Below, in pieces: positions 38,515 through 52,782 of a DNA stretch of 64,000 nucleotides. Position numbers and translations under genes: made by a program. Source of the stretch: Mustelus asterias (lineage: Eukaryota). Within the stretch, counting starts at the first letter, position 1. Every line of letters starts with the position of its first letter. The notes beneath the pieces were generated by a model. That model did not search any database. It had not been told where the DNA came from and worked only from the letters and a program-made list of their open reading frames with translations. Location of the stretch: contig NW_027590226.1 in assembly GCF_964213995.1 (NCBI RefSeq), positions 124,001 to 188,000 of the forward strand. Direction: 5' to 3'.

Positions 38515-39360
38515 CTGTGTCCAATATTACACGATACATTTATCATTTCTCTCGTTATGCTACACTCGGCTATCTCTGTATTTATGCCAAATTAGATCTT
38601 CTCAATTAGTACTCGAATAGACCACGGATCTGATTATATTACATCTGATCCCAACTGTTTTTATATTACACAGGGTAAGTCTCTTGACATTACATCAGAG
38701 GCTGTCTCTGATGTAATATACGACCATGTATATGTTGCCTGGCATTTAATTGTCAGAAGCAAGTCTTCTACTAGCGTTTAATCTTATTCTGACACAATGA
38801 CAATGATTAATAGGAATCCATGTAAAAGTTCCACCAGTTCTTAAAATGGCATCGGGAAGCACGCGGGGTAGAAGGTTTTACAGAGCTTGACGTTAATCAT
38901 GCATGAGCTGCACTATCAGAACAGTTGAACGCTGAGTTTATTTCCCTTAGAGCTGAGCAGTTTATGGGGGGTTAGTACAGAAGTTCAAAGTTATGAATGG
39001 GAATGTTTTGCTCATTTGGAAGAAACTGTTATCCACTGGCAAGAGGGCCAATATACAGAAGACACTGCTTGATTACATTACACAAGGCCATACTTCTATT
39101 TGTGTTGTACCAGACGCAGTCTTTAATTATATGACAGTAGACCCTGTCTCTCTTTACACTACATTCGGTCATTTCTCTCGTTTTGCTACACTAGGCCATC
39201 TCTCTATTTATGCTACATTCGGTCCTCTCAATTAGCACGAGAGTGGACCACGGATCTGATTATATTACATCGGATTCCATCTCTTTTTATATTACACAGG
39301 ATTTGTCTCTTTACATTACATCAGACCTGTCTCTGTTAATCCAACATACGACCATGAATA
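38515..39360. repeat. ~220-bp direct repeat (about 38515-38730 and 39135-39360)
   Basis: catttctctcgtt.tgctacact..gaccacggatctgattatattacatc is shared. Confidence 0.8.
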
Positions 39361-40153
39361 TTTTGCCTGTCGAGATATTATCAATCGCGATATAATATGG
39401 GTGTGCCTGTCCGATACCAATCATTTTTGTCTGGAAGAGTAGGTTTATTTTTTTACTAACATCTATAAGTAGCTGCGAGAAACATTTAATTGCTCTGGTA
39501 TCGTGTCAGTAATATTTAGCTTGAATGTTACAACAATTTCTCAGTGATTAACTGACATTGGGGGACAAGTCAATATCTGAACAATCGTGCAGTGCTCGTT
39601 GCAAAACTTTTCAGCAACCTCTGTTGTGATACATTTTGTCAGTTGAATAGTGTTGCACTGTCAATTTGCCACGGATTTTAGCGATAAAGATTGTTTCGCC
39701 TAACTTATTTTGTTTATACTATTCAACTGATACACGGACAGTGAGAGACAGATTTGTGTATTCGCAATGTCGCCAGATGGGCTAAATATCTATCCAATCT
39801 TTAATTGCTCATTTGTTTCAGAGAGAAATAAAACGAGATGGAAACAGAACAACTGTTGCCAGTTACGTTATGTTTGAATAGAATGTTAAAAAATATATTT
39901 TCTGCAATTTGTATTGTTATTTGCTAAATTATTTTTCAGTTTGGGATTTGTTCATCTGCCTAGGCCCTCAGCTCTGTCATTCCCTCCCTAAATCTCCTTA
40001 TCTCACTTTCCTCGTCTAAATCAATCTATAAAGCTGTCCCTTTATTGGCCAATCTTTCAGAAATTTGATCAGATAACTCGTTGCTCATCAACAAGATATT
40101 GCGGATGCATGGGATCTGGAAAGAAATGCCGGAAACACTCAGCAGATCATTCA

Positions 40154-40556
40154 TTTGGGATTGTTTTCGCTGGAAAGGCGGCGGCTAAGAGGGGATCTTA
40201 TTGAAACATATAAGATGATTAGAGGTTTAGATAGGGTGGATAGTGATAGCCTTTTTCCTCTGATGGAGAAATCCAGCACGAGGGGGCATGGCTTTAAATT
40301 GAGGGGGGGTAGTTATAGAACCGATGTCAGGGGTAGGTTCTTTACCCAGAGGGTGGTGAGGGATTGGAATGCCCTGCCAGCATCAGTAGTAAATGCGCCT
40401 AGTTTGGGGGCGTTTAAGAGATCCGTAGATAGGTTCATGGACGAAAAGAAATTGGTTTAGGTTGGCGGGTCACAGTTTTTTTTTTTAACTGGTCGGTGCA
40501 ACATCGTGGGCCGAAGGGCCTGTTCTGCGCTGTAATGTTCTATGTTCTATGTTCTA
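40154..40556 (+). mobile_element. CR1 LINE 3' fragment
   Basis: GLFSLERRRLRGDLIE..FFTQRVVRDWNALP; (gttctat)n tail. Confidence 0.92.
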
Positions 40557-40636
40557 TAAGTGGAATGGCATTCGTGTGCATCTCTCTCTCTCTCTCTCAC
40601 TCGCTGTCTCTGCCCCTCTCTCTCTCTATCCCTGCC

Positions 40637-40791
40637 NNNNNNNNNNNNNNNNNNNNNNNNNNNNNNNNNNNNNNNNNNNNNNNNNNNNNNNNNNNNNNNN
40701 NNNNNNNNNNNNNNNNNNNNNNNNNNNNNNNNNNNNNNNNNNNNNNNNNNNNNNNNNNNNNNNNNNNNNNNNNNNNNNNNNNNNNNNNNNN
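40637..40791. other. Assembly gap (N run)
   Basis: 155 Ns. Confidence 0.99.
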
Positions 40792-43368
40792 ATGCACTAG
40801 GCCATGCGTCTTTATGTATTGCATGTGACTCATTTGAATCATTATTGCAATAGATTTTGTATCTATTTCATAACATAATATGCCACTTCATTTATTATTA
40901 CATGAATACAAGCTGTGATAAATGCTACAAATCATAATTTCTGAGCTTTTGCTCAGTCAAGAGGCCACTTCCGTTACATTCGGCTCCATCTCAGGTATTA
41001 TTGTGCTAGGCCCTATGTCATGCACTACTGAACGCATCCGTGCCTCACTTTGTATTACATTTGGTCCTAATAATAATTTAGGCACTGTCTCAGCAATTAA
41101 TTTTCGATAAAATGTGACTGACAGATGGAAAGAAAGAAGGAGCGAGCGAGATGAAAAGATGGACATTAGCTTAAAAAATGTAACATATTTGTGTCGATGA
41201 AAGGGATTCGAAGAATGCGTTTCCTCTTGTTAATAACTATTAGGTATTGCGTATAATATCTAATTGCTCTCGTATAGTCTGCAAGGTTTTGTTGAAAGCT
41301 TGGGATGAAACTTGTAGCATTCTCTTGCTCAAAAGAGATTGAGGATAATAAACGTATGCCACGTTGCACTGCAAATGGACACTAAAGGGCAACTTAGCAT
41401 GGCCACTTCAACCAACTTGTACATCTTTGGGGGAAAGCAGTAAATCTGGAGGAAACCCAGGCACACACGGGGTGAATGTGCAAACACCACGCAGTTACCC
41501 AAGGCCGAAATGGAACGTGTGTCCGTAACAGTGTGAGGTACCAGTGCGAACCACGGCGTAAATAATTGCTATTACCTTTAAACATGATACGGTAATTTAT
41601 TCAGTATTCACTTACACATTCCATGTCTCAGTTAATGAATTGTCCTGGACGCCGTTGAATGTGAGGTACAGCTGGCCATTCCGCTGCCAAGGGAATGAAT
41701 TTTTCAAATGACTCACTGAACTTCTCTGCTCTGTTTCTCTGTCTCAGGTTGTACATAAATCAGATAACCTCTCTTCTCTCTCTCAGTCTCCATTAACTCA
41801 CACAGGTACCCAGTAGACGGATCTGGTTACGAGGAGCAAAAAACATTTTTTTTGTTTAAGGCACCTTGTGACTGAAAAGATAAAGCACAAAAATCTCATC
41901 AGAGGGAAATTCAGTGTCGGAAACAGACCAGTTCACTCACTCAACCTCTCTCTTCGATTTCTCTCACACAGTACCTAACCCACTTAGACTTTCTATTTTA
42001 GAACACCTCTGCGGGAAAAGAAAATGTTGCTTTAATTTTCCCTCTTTTCTCTCAGTGATAATCTTGGGTCCATCTTCACTTCAATTAATCTATTTAAACC
42101 CCAAATATGACCATTTTCTTGATTCATTAAAATGGAAATGGAGGTGAATGTAATGCTGAGACCGGCAGCAATCTATGTCACTCTTCTTGATGCTTTCAGA
42201 GTGAGTTCACCCTCACAGTCAGGAAGTCTGTTCACGGTGATAACATCAAACTGGCCCCGGTTGTTTCATTCTCATGTAACACAACTTCATGTTTCTTGCT
42301 GCCGGTTCCAAACCACACATTTCACTTCTGATCAGAAAATAAATCCAGGGACCACAATCTGGTGAGAACATCTGTCAAAGCGGCCTATATCTGTCCAGAG
42401 AGTCAGGGCAGAGTCACACGGATCACTTTGCGGTGATAGTTAGAAATGAGCCTGGTGTGATCTGCTTCGAGTTTCCATTCCCGGACATAACTGGATGGTC
42501 AGTGGATCAGTCACTGAGCTCCCCCGGGTTCTGTGAAGGAAGGAAAGGATAGCAGTTATCTTGCATTGTTTGATCATTTTCTCTCCACCTGCTAGACCTA
42601 CAGCCAGAGAGGTGGGAGAAAAGACAAGCGATCAGAATTTGGCTTCACCCCAGTTTTGGCGAACATTCCACTCTGCGGTTTTTGACAAAAGCGAAGGATA
42701 ATTTTCTTTTTTTAAAAAAAAAGGTAGCAAAATTAGTTGAGCAAAATTTTGAGCTGGTGCGTGTCACGTTTGGAGGTGTGTAAAAGCACCAACTCGCACA
42801 GGTAACCCATGCTTCTTATCGACATCGACCAGAGGGATCGACCTGCATGGCTGAAATACTAACTGTATCAAACGGCAGGTAGAAGCGTCCAGGATAAAAG
42901 TGGGAATAATTCACTCACGGTAATCAAATCGACACGACGCCGCAGATTCCTTTGTGGCCAATGGGCAAATCATTCATTTCAACGCCATCAAAGTTAAAAT
43001 AGTAATTTTGCATCCATTCTGGCTAAAGATTAAAAAAAGAAAGATAGAGAGAGGGAAGCCTATACCAGTTAAAACAATGCTGCACTATATATTGCAATTT
43101 GAGCCCAGGCTCAATTTTACATTGCCGTTTTCAACATCCTGCATTGCCCATACACTTCGATTCACCAACTACATTTGTGTTCAGGTAAACCCAGATTGGT
43201 TCTCTTTATGGTACAATGGCAAGCTAACCCAGAAAAGGAAAAAAAAAGTTGTTGTTGTATAATGGTCCTCTGAAGTAACATGTATAGAAAACCCCTTGTA
43301 AACTTGTACTGTGGAAGTGTACATAACAACAGACATTTTGTTTTTAACACCGCATGTAAAAAAAAAGC

Positions 43369-43706
43369 GGGCGGCACGGTAGCACAGTGGTTAGCACTGC
43401 TGCTTCACAGCTCCAGGGACCTGGGTTCGATTCCCGGCTCGGGTCACTGTCTGTGTGTAGTTTGCACATTCTCCTCGTGTCTGCGTGGGTTTCCTCCGGG
43501 TGCTCTGGTTTCCTCCCACAGTCCAAAGATGTGCGGGTTAGGTTGATTGGCCATGCTAAAATTGCCCCTTAGTGTCTTGAGATGGGTAGGTTAGAGGGAT
43601 TAGCGGGTAAATATGTAGGGATATGGGGGTAGGGCCTGGGTGGGATTGTGGTTGGTGTAGACTCGATGGGCCGAATGGCCTGTTTCTACACTGTAGGGTT
43701 TCTATG
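43369..43706 (+). mobile_element. Full-length HE1-like SINE
   Basis: A/B boxes and CR1-type tail. Confidence 0.92.
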
Positions 43707-46700
43707 TCTATTTACTTTTTTGTCCCTCAACTTTTCTGTCAGCACCCCGTTTTGCTTTCTCCTCACTCTCCCGGTGTCTCTGTCTATCTCCTTGCTAGTC
43801 TTTTGAACACTTTTATTAGTGTTCATAATCATGAAGTTGTAATGAAAGAGAGAATCTTTCAACTGGGAGGACGGTCAGCAACCAAGGGGCACAAATTTAT
43901 TTTATTGAGCAGAGAGACAGAAATACAATTGTTTACTTTTACACAAGAGTTGCTATGAACTGGAATGAACAGCTTGAAAGGGTGATTGAATCAGATTTCT
44001 CAGCAACTTTGGAAAATAAATTAGATATATCCTTCATGGGGTTAAAATTTGAAGGATTTTCGAAAATGGGCGCATTTTAATGGTTCATCTGTATCATTGT
44101 CCTAGCATCCTTTTTGTGTCTCTCCCTGTCCTTCATTAAGACTGAATAAAATTGAATATTTATACAACTGTCGTCGTGTGCTAATCTTATCTTTTGACAG
44201 CACGTCTGTGTGCGTGTGTGTGTGTGTGTGTTTGTGTGTGTATAATTGCCAGAAACCATCATTCCGAAATTCAATTCTCTTTACAAGCCATCGCTTTGAA
44301 CAAATTGGCATTGGATCGAACTTGTTTAGGAAAAGCACAATTACCCTTAATATGTATTGCACTGTTCGTTTTTCCTCTAATTAAGTCTTCATATTTCGAC
44401 TTTTCAGTCATCACATGTCGTAATTCTGTCTGTAAATGTGGAACTGCTTGTAAAAATGAGAAGGAACAGATTATTTTCAGTTCCTCTGACCGATTCACCA
44501 TTATTACCTCAGACAACAGCAATTTATGGAGTCCGCCATGATTGCCCCCCTTGGGAATAACAGCTCTTATTCAGGTGGAGTCCGTCACTCCTGCGGTTGT
44601 CATCGGGTTTCCAATCCGTGTTTGCTACACAAATCCCTGCATCACTCGTCATGACAAAGAAACCTGCGCTAAGGCCCTAGAAATGATTGTTTCCTTATAT
44701 CAGGTCCCAGTCTGACTCCGGGCCCAGCTGTCTCTGTTAGTGATACACTGGAGCCGGTCATTCAAATTATAATGTTCTAATTCTCTCTGATTATTTTTGG
44801 AAACCGTTACCCAATCAGTTGTGAATTAGAACCTATATCTGATTTTGTTACATTTGACATCTACGGTTGTTGTTGGATAAATTACGTTTTCCAGAATGAT
44901 CACACGCACAAAAAATGTTTATTTAAATGTTATATCATGTTCTGTCTCTCTTATTCCATATATCTCGTGCATTGATTTAGATGACTCTCCTAGCCAGTTT
45001 ATGTTATCATTGCGCCAGCATATCTGTCCATATTAGATTAAATTCTGTCTCTGTTGTTACTGCATAATTTTAAATCATATATGGGATGTGGGCATCACTG
45101 GCATCTTTTGCCCTTCTCTAATTGCCCCGACAAAATGATGATGAGGTGCCATCGTGATCCGCTGCGGTCCATGTTCATCAGGCAATATCACTGTTTATAT
45201 CGCACGAGGTCTGGCCACCCTTATGATAAACCTAATCCTGATTAATCGTATTACCGAGATTGTACAAACTATAGACAGTAGAAAATATTTAGGATGGTTG
45301 CAATGGAATTGGTGAATGCAACGGTTAAACAGAAATATTGCTCCTTCCCTGGAGAGCAGCAGATGTTTCAATCCTTTGCATCAATAGGAATAAGAAGTCT
45401 GAGAATTACAGGTGTAATTATCTCCTGTCGGCCATATGTCCAGGGTTATTTCCGCCATCATTTTAACAAATCAGCTGATAACTGAGTCGTATATCAGGAC
45501 CTTTAGTGAGACACTGAGATGATCAATTTCCAGTAATCTCCTCGTCATTCGAGATGTGATTTATCCATTTTCCAACGAATCTCTAAAGACAGATAAGTCA
45601 ATGCTGGGAACAAAATAGTCAGATCGAAATCATTTTGTGTACAAGAGCACACAACATAAATAGTTACATATTAAATGTTCTTCAGTTGAAATACATGAAC
45701 TGTTTGGTCTTTTCATACAGTCATGGAAGGCAGAGGTGGACTGAAGGTTATCACCGGGAAAACTGAAGGGAAATTGCTAAAAGAGATCACTTCTCCAAAG
45801 GGGGTAATTGGAAAAAGAATATTCAAAATAAATAGACACTCAAATTTCTAAGCAAGGAACTGATTTGATGTTTTTTGACATAAAACCATCGAATCCCGAC
45901 AGTTCAGAAAAAGACCATCTGGCCCACCGAGTCTGCATCCCATCCAGGCCCTCCCCACTGCCCTATCCCCGTTAGCCCCTAACATTTACCATGGCTAATC
46001 CACATACCCTATGGACAATAACGGGCAACTTTGCATGGCCAATCCATCTAATACGAACTGTTGTAATATAAACGAGGCTTTGTGCAGTAATACAGAGACA
46101 GGGCCGAGTGCACCAATTATTGATACAGCACTTGTACTAGTCTGAATGCAGACTGTGTCCAGTTCAGTGTTTACTGAGAGCGGGTATAGCGTCGTACTAA
46201 CTAGCGTGGTGTTTTCTCATATAGACAGAGACATGAAGTACGCAGCTATAACAAAGTCACGGTTTATTCTAATGTGAGCAGAGACAGTGTGCACTATAAT
46301 TTAAACTGAGACAGGTTCTAGTGTAATGTAAACTCACATCGACACTATCAGAATATAGGGATATGACCTTGTGTGATATAAACAGAGGTGTGGCCCAGTG
46401 GAATAAAAAGTGAGGCAATGCAGAGTAAAGCAATAATTGAGAAGGGATAATGTGTAAAATGAACAGTGGTATGGTTTGGCGCAGTGATAAAGGAGAGAGC
46501 ATCGAGCGCAGTGTAATTTTGCCTGATTCTGGGCATTGTATGATATAAAGTGAGACAAAGCCAATGCAATAATTTCAAACTAAGGCTTTAGATTGATATA
46601 AGTTTTGACAGGGGCATTGGGGCAATAACGAGTCATGAAATAGAACAATAATTAGAGACGGCATATTATTCGGTATAAACAGGGAGGCGGACTCGTGCAG

Positions 46701-47384
46701 CAGTGATTGAGATATTGTCGATGTTTCTTTATACGTTGCAGATTCCAGCAATGTAATATTAAATGAGGCTTGGTGAGGTATAGTGACAACTGGGATTTTG
46801 CTGAGTACAGAATCAACTGAGAATTATTGTCATATAATCAGAAATATGATTTTGTGTCATATAAGCTTGTTCTAGTTTAGGATGGACAAAGACTGAGTCA
46901 ATTTCAGCAATAACTGAGACGATCTGTTTCGCGTCGTGCCAAAGAGCTGGGTTTCACTGCCATCTCCTGGACGTCCTTTGCTATTGCAGATGTTGTGAAA
47001 TGCTGATTTTAGTTGCTATTTCTTATTCCTTCATGGGCAGTACACCCAGCTGGCAAGGCCAGCATATGTTGACAATCGCTAATACTCTGAATCCATTGGT
47101 TTTCTAGATCATCACAGAAGCGCCAAACCCGTGTGGGCCTGCAGTCAGCTGTGAGCCAAACTGGGAAATGATGGATGGTTTCCTTTTCTGCTGGGCATTA
47201 GAGCATCTGTTATATTACTTGTATTGGCCGCAATTACGGAAACGAGGTTTAAATTGCATTTTAAAACCCACGTTCTGTTGCAGTTGGATTTAAACATATA
47301 TCTTGAGAAAGTTGCCTCCTCTCAGAATTACTCTCCCAGTGATATTACCACTATGCCACTGCCTCCCCTTTCCATATTGATCGA

Positions 47385-48520
47385 GTATTTACAGCAGAGA
47401 AGAAGGCCATTTTGAAGCGTCATGTGTGTGTTGGTCCTCTAAAGGAGCAATTCATCCAATAACACTCTCTACCCCACAGTCCAGCATTTTGTTCATTTTC
47501 AGACAATAATCCAATTCCATTTTGAAAGCATCAATTGGCGCTGCCTGCACCAGACTCTCAAACAGCACATTCCAAATCTGAATCACTCACTGTCTGAAAA
47601 TGTTTTTCGTTATGTCTCCATGCTTCTTTCACCAATTAACTTCAGCCCATGTCCTCTGTTCCAAAATCCATCTGCCACTGAACAATTCATCTCTATCTAC
47701 TCTTTCAAGAGCCCTCAGGATTTTGAAGGCCTCAATAGGATCACGTCAGTAACTTCCTGTCAAGGAAATTAGTCCGAGCCTCTCCAATATATATTCGTAA
47801 CGAAGTTTCTGATCTCTGAAATTATTCTCGTGTTTTACCCCGGCATGCAGCCTATTGGCTTTACATTCCTCCTTATGTTTGGTACCCAGAATTGGACGCA
47901 ATTTTTCAGTTGACTATTTTCCAGTGCTTTCTACTAATTTAGCTGAACTTCCTTGCTTCTGTATTCTATTCCCCAATAGACAAAAACTGTTAACAATTTT
48001 ACTGACGCTGTCTCAACCTGTCTTCCACCATGAATGATTTATGCACATATTCACTCTGGTCCCTCAGCGTCTACACCCACTTTCATAGCGTTTTCATCAC
48101 TTCCATTTGTCTCTTCACATTCTGCTTAACAAAACTAATCATGTAAATTTGCTCTGCAATAAAGTAAATCTCCCAATTGCACGCCCATTCCACCAATTAT
48201 TATTTTTTCGTTCTGAAGTACTGCAGGATCTACTGATGGTTGGCAATGTTTCCAAGCTTTGTATCATTCACAGATTTTGAAAGTCTGATCTCCATACAAA
48301 GCTCTCTGTCATTTCTATGTCAGGAAGATCAAGGGTCAATTCACCGATTCCTGGCAACTTCACTACAAGTTTTGTTGTAGTAGGAAAAACAGCTACGAGT
48401 TGTTTCCTGGCACTCAGCCAATTTCGTCTCCAAGTTGCTAATGTCCATAGTCCTCTGAGCTCCATGATTTACTCACAAGGCTGCGGTGCAGCACCATATC
48501 ACATTGACGCCCATTAAGAG
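47385..48520 (-). mobile_element. Highly diverged CR1 LINE
   Basis: CR1 3' motif cagagaagaaggccatt and decayed RT homology. Confidence 0.6.
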
Positions 48521-49101
48521 AAATACGCTCAATAACCATCTCTGTTACTCAACATAAAATTCAAGCAAATCAATTAAACACGATTTGACCTGAACAAATG
48601 CATTTGGTTGAATTTGTCAAGAAACATTTAAGTGGGATGATTTCTACAGTGATTAAGAGGGTGAAGATATGGACGCTAAATATGCTAACGACAAAAGGAT
48701 AGATCGGAAAATTGGGTATTCGCGAAGGCATTGGGATATCTCGAATATTGTGCACGCGAATTGTATCCTTATCTTTAGAAATCAATCAATGCGCTAGAAA
48801 AAGCTCAGAGGAGTTTTATTACCAGCTATGACCGGGTCATCTTATGCGGAAAGGATGGTGACGTTAGGTTTGTATCGACGGTAGTTTAGAAATGCAATTG
48901 ACAACTTGACTGAAACCTTTAAAGCCTTAAGGGGTGCTAACACTGTGGATGTGGAGCGGACGTTTCCTCTTGTCCAGTGTTGTAGCTGTGCTGGATATGT
49001 TTCGGAATGTAGATATCTATGGGCTCTTGGTTCTGCGTCTGTTTCCAATGCTGTTGTATTGTCCACGGGAGGGCGCTCTCTGATTACTTACCGAACATCA
49101 T

Positions 49102-50268
49102 GTACTTTAGTAAAGCGTTTGACAAAGTCCCTCATGGTAGGTTGGTGCAAAAGGTTGGATCCCATGGGATAAAGGGGGAGGTGGCTAGATGGGTGGAGAA
49201 TTGGTTTGGTCACAGAAGACAGAGGGTGCTAGTGGAAGGGTCTTTTTTCGGCTGGATGCCTGTGACTAGTGGTGTTCCGCAGGGCTCTGTATTGGGACCT
49301 CTGCTGTTTGTGATTTACATAAACGATCTGGAAGAAGGTGTAACTGGGGTGATCAGTAAGTTCGGACGACACGAAAATGGCTGGACTTGCAGATAGTGAG
49401 GAACATTGTCAGAGGCTACAGAAGGATATAGATAGGCTGGAAATTTGGGCAAAGAAATGGCAGATGGTGTTCAATCCAGATGAATGCGAAGTGATGCATT
49501 TTGGTACAACTGACGTAGGGGGGAGCTATACGATAAATGGCAGAACCATAAAGGGTGTAGATACGCAGAGGGGCCTGGGTGTGCAAGTCCACAGATCCTT
49601 GAAGGTGATGGCACAGGTGGAGAAGGTAGTGAAGAAGGCATATGACATGCTTGCCTTTATAGGGTGGGGCATAGAGTATAAAAGTTGGGGTCTGATGTTG
49701 CAGTTGTATAGAACGTTGGTTCGGCCGCATTTGGAATACTGCGCCCAGTTCTGATCGCCACACTACCAGAAGGACGTGGAGGCTTTGGAGAGAATGCAGA
49801 GGAGGTTTACCAGGATGTTGCTTGGTATGGAAGGGCTTAGTTACGAGGGGAGATTGGGTAAACTGGGGTTGTTCTCCCTGGAAAGACGGAGGATGAGGGA
49901 TGACCTAATAGAGGTGTATAAAATTATGAAAGGCATAGATAGGCTGAACAGTGGGAAGCTTTTTCCCAGCTCGGTGGTGACGTTCACGAGGGGTCATAGG
50001 TTCAAGGTGAGTCGGGGGGGGGGAGGTTTAACACGGATATCAGAAGGACGTATTTTACACAGAGGGTGGTGGGGGCCTGGAATGCGCTGCCGGGCAAGGT
50101 GGTGGAGGCGGACACACTGGGAAAGTTTAAGGTTTATCCAGATAGCCATATGAACGGAGTGGGAATGGAGGGATACAAACGAATGGTCTAGTTTGGACCA
50201 GGGAGCGGCGCGGGCTTGGAGGGCCGAAGGGCCTGTTCCTGTGCTGTATTGTTCTTTGTTCTTTGTTC
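49102..50268 (+). mobile_element. CR1 LINE, 5'-truncated; same subfamily as 12938-15237
   Basis: [28 protein letters not shown]; (ttctttg)n tail. Confidence 0.95.
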
Positions 50269-50592
50269 TGACCGATGAAACCAAGCATGCTGAATGCCTT
50301 TTTCACCACTCTGTCCACCTGTGACTCGACTCTCAAGGAGCTATGAACATGTAGCCCTAGATCTCTTTGTTCTGTAATTCTCCCGAACGCCCTACCATTG
50401 ACTGAATAAGTCCTGCCCCGGTTTATTCTACCAAAATGCATCACAATGCATTTATCTAAATTTAACCCCATCTGTCATTCGTCAGCCCACTGGCCCAATT
50501 AATCAAGATCCCGATATAACTTTCTTCACTATCCACAATGCCACCAATCTTGGTGTCATCTGCAAACTTAATAACCTTGCCTCCTATATTCT
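50269..50592 (-). mobile_element. CR1 RT fragment
   Basis: KCIVMHFGRIN..QRDLGLHVHSSL. Confidence 0.8.
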
Positions 50593-50890
50593 CGGCACGG
50601 TGGCACAGTGGTTAGCATTGCTGCCTCACAGGGACCCGGGTTCGATTCCCAACTTGGGTCATTGTCTCTGTGGAGTTTACAGGTTCTCCCCGTGTCTGCT
50701 TTGGTTTCCTCCAGGTCCTGCCGTTTCCTCCCACAGTCCAACGATGTGCGGGTCAGGTGGATTGTGCATGCTAAATTGCCCCTCAGGGGGACTAGGTAGC
50801 TAAATGCATGGGTTATGGAGATAGACTCTGGGTGGGCTTGTGGTTGATGCAGACTCGTTGGGCCGAATGGCCTCCTTCTTCACTGCAGGA
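50593..50890 (+). mobile_element. HE1-like SINE
   Basis: cggcacggtggcacagtggttagc head. Confidence 0.85.
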
Positions 50891-50946
50891 TCAATGATGT
50901 CAAATGATACAGACTTCGCATGCCCTTAATGAGAAAGGTCCAGCAG

Positions 50947-51019
50947 TGTTTCAGCCCTGTTTCGAAACGGGGATCTTTCGCATGTGAGGTGAACGTGATA
51001 ACCATGGCGTTACATGATC
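50947..51019 (-). pseudogene. tRNA-Val(CAC) pseudogene
   Basis: ..TGGTTATCACGTTCACCTCACATGCGAAAGATCCCCGTTTCGAAAC..; acceptor stem and A box damaged. Confidence 0.85.
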
Positions 51020-52050
51020 AGCATACAGCCTGCTGCAACTAATCCGGCTGCCTGCAATGTTCAACTGCGTTATGTTGCTGCAGGTTCCACTGCTGAGACT
51101 GAGAGCCCATGTCACTGAATTCAAGAAGAAAACCGTTACTTTTAACCAGATTTCTCAACTTATCTTGAACATCAAAATTTAAAAGCGTTTATCTGGCAAA
51201 TATCTAAGGGAGCAATGATTTCTGCTCATTCGTTGATGCATCATTTTCATCTTCCTTCGAATAATCTCAACCAATTGTACGCAGTATTTGTTCGTTATTC
51301 AATATTTAATATCAATACATTATTCAACACACATGTCCTCATTATGAATTGAATATCACTGTAATTGAATATCTCTGAATTGCAAACATAACTGACCAAC
51401 AAAAGGAATCGAGTCACCGGTCAACACAGATCCCATGGTGCTTATTTGAGATTGACCATCGTGAGCTTTTAAAGAAAGTCAACGACTTTTAACTGGAAGA
51501 GATTGAAGAATTATCTGTTAGTTATACTGGAGCCATTTTTCTTACAGGTGTGAACCATTCAGGCGCATAAATTCCGGCCATCGACAGGGATGTCCAGTAG
51601 ATCCGCAGGGATTCTCGATTTCCACATCTGTCTGAGTGTTTTTTCCTATTTCTATGTTATGAAGAACGATTAAAAAAAACTAGATTCTTCTGGGAAATGC
51701 GCGCCATTTCCCCTAATTCACTTACAGTATCACTTACGTCTGTGTTTTTGAGCATCAAACCATTAGACATGTTTTAGACGGTGATTAACTATGTTAGTCT
51801 GGACCTATAAATCCATTATATTCTGTTGTAGACTGAACGAGGTGCTGATATGTGCACGTTGCCAAAATCGAAAAGTTTCCTTCATGTCAGTGCGTCAAAA
51901 AAAAATCAGCATTTCTTATTTTACAGAAAGCATTTGAGGCCGCGGTCAGAGCAAAGATAATATGGCTGTAACATCGAGATTCGGATAATGTTCAGCAACA
52001 AACTGGAATCATACAGATTTCCCTCACCCTGCATGAGAAAGTTTAATGAA

Positions 52051-52123
52051 TGTTTCTGCCCAGTTTCTAACCGGGGACCTTCCGCGTGTTAAGCAAACTG
52101 GATAATCACTGCACTACAGGATA
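52051..52123 (-). pseudogene. tRNA-Val(AAC) pseudogene
   Basis: TTTGCTTAACACGCGGAAGGTCCCCGGTTAGAAAC; B box mutated. Confidence 0.85.
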
Positions 52124-52782
52124 GCCCTGTCAACTGGCCTGACTACAATGTTCAACTCCACTTTGCTGCTGCACATTCTAATGGTGAGATTAAGAGCCCA
52201 TGTCACTTCATATCAGAACAAATCCATTACTTTCAACCTGATATCCCAATTTATACTTCAAAATTAAAACGTGTCCGTCCGGCAAATGTCTATGGGAGCA
52301 ATGATTTCAGCTACATGAATGCATCATTCTCATCTTCTGTAGAATAATTTCAACCAATTTCTTTTGTTATTCAATATTCAATGTCAGTACGTTATTTGAC
52401 ACACATATCCTCGTTATGAATTGAATATCTCTGCAACTGAATATCACTGAATTGCAAACATAACTGACCAACAAACAGAATCGAATCAGTGGGTAATACA
52501 GATCGGATGGTGTTTATTTGAGATTGACCATAGTCAGTTTTAAACAAAGTCAACTATTTTTAATATATTGAAGAATTATCTGTTACTTATACTTGAGCCT
52601 TTTTCATTATGGGTGTGAAAAACTCAGATGCATAAAATCTGGCCATTTATAGGAATATCCAGGAGATCTGCAATGGGTCTTGATTTCCTCATATGGTCTG
52701 AGTGGTTAGGGTTGGGGTTAGGGTTGGGGTTGTTAAGAAGAACGATTTTTAAAAAGATTCTTCTGGGAATTGTGTGCCATTT

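Noticed and set aside
40496-40853. ORFs spanning X residues
   Set aside because: Artefacts of the N gap
43369-43706. SINE heads as tRNA genes, CACAGTG within them as RSS heptamers, and recurring ORFs such as MAQWLALLPHS
   Set aside because: All are parts of the high-copy SINE; no cloverleaf and no nonamer
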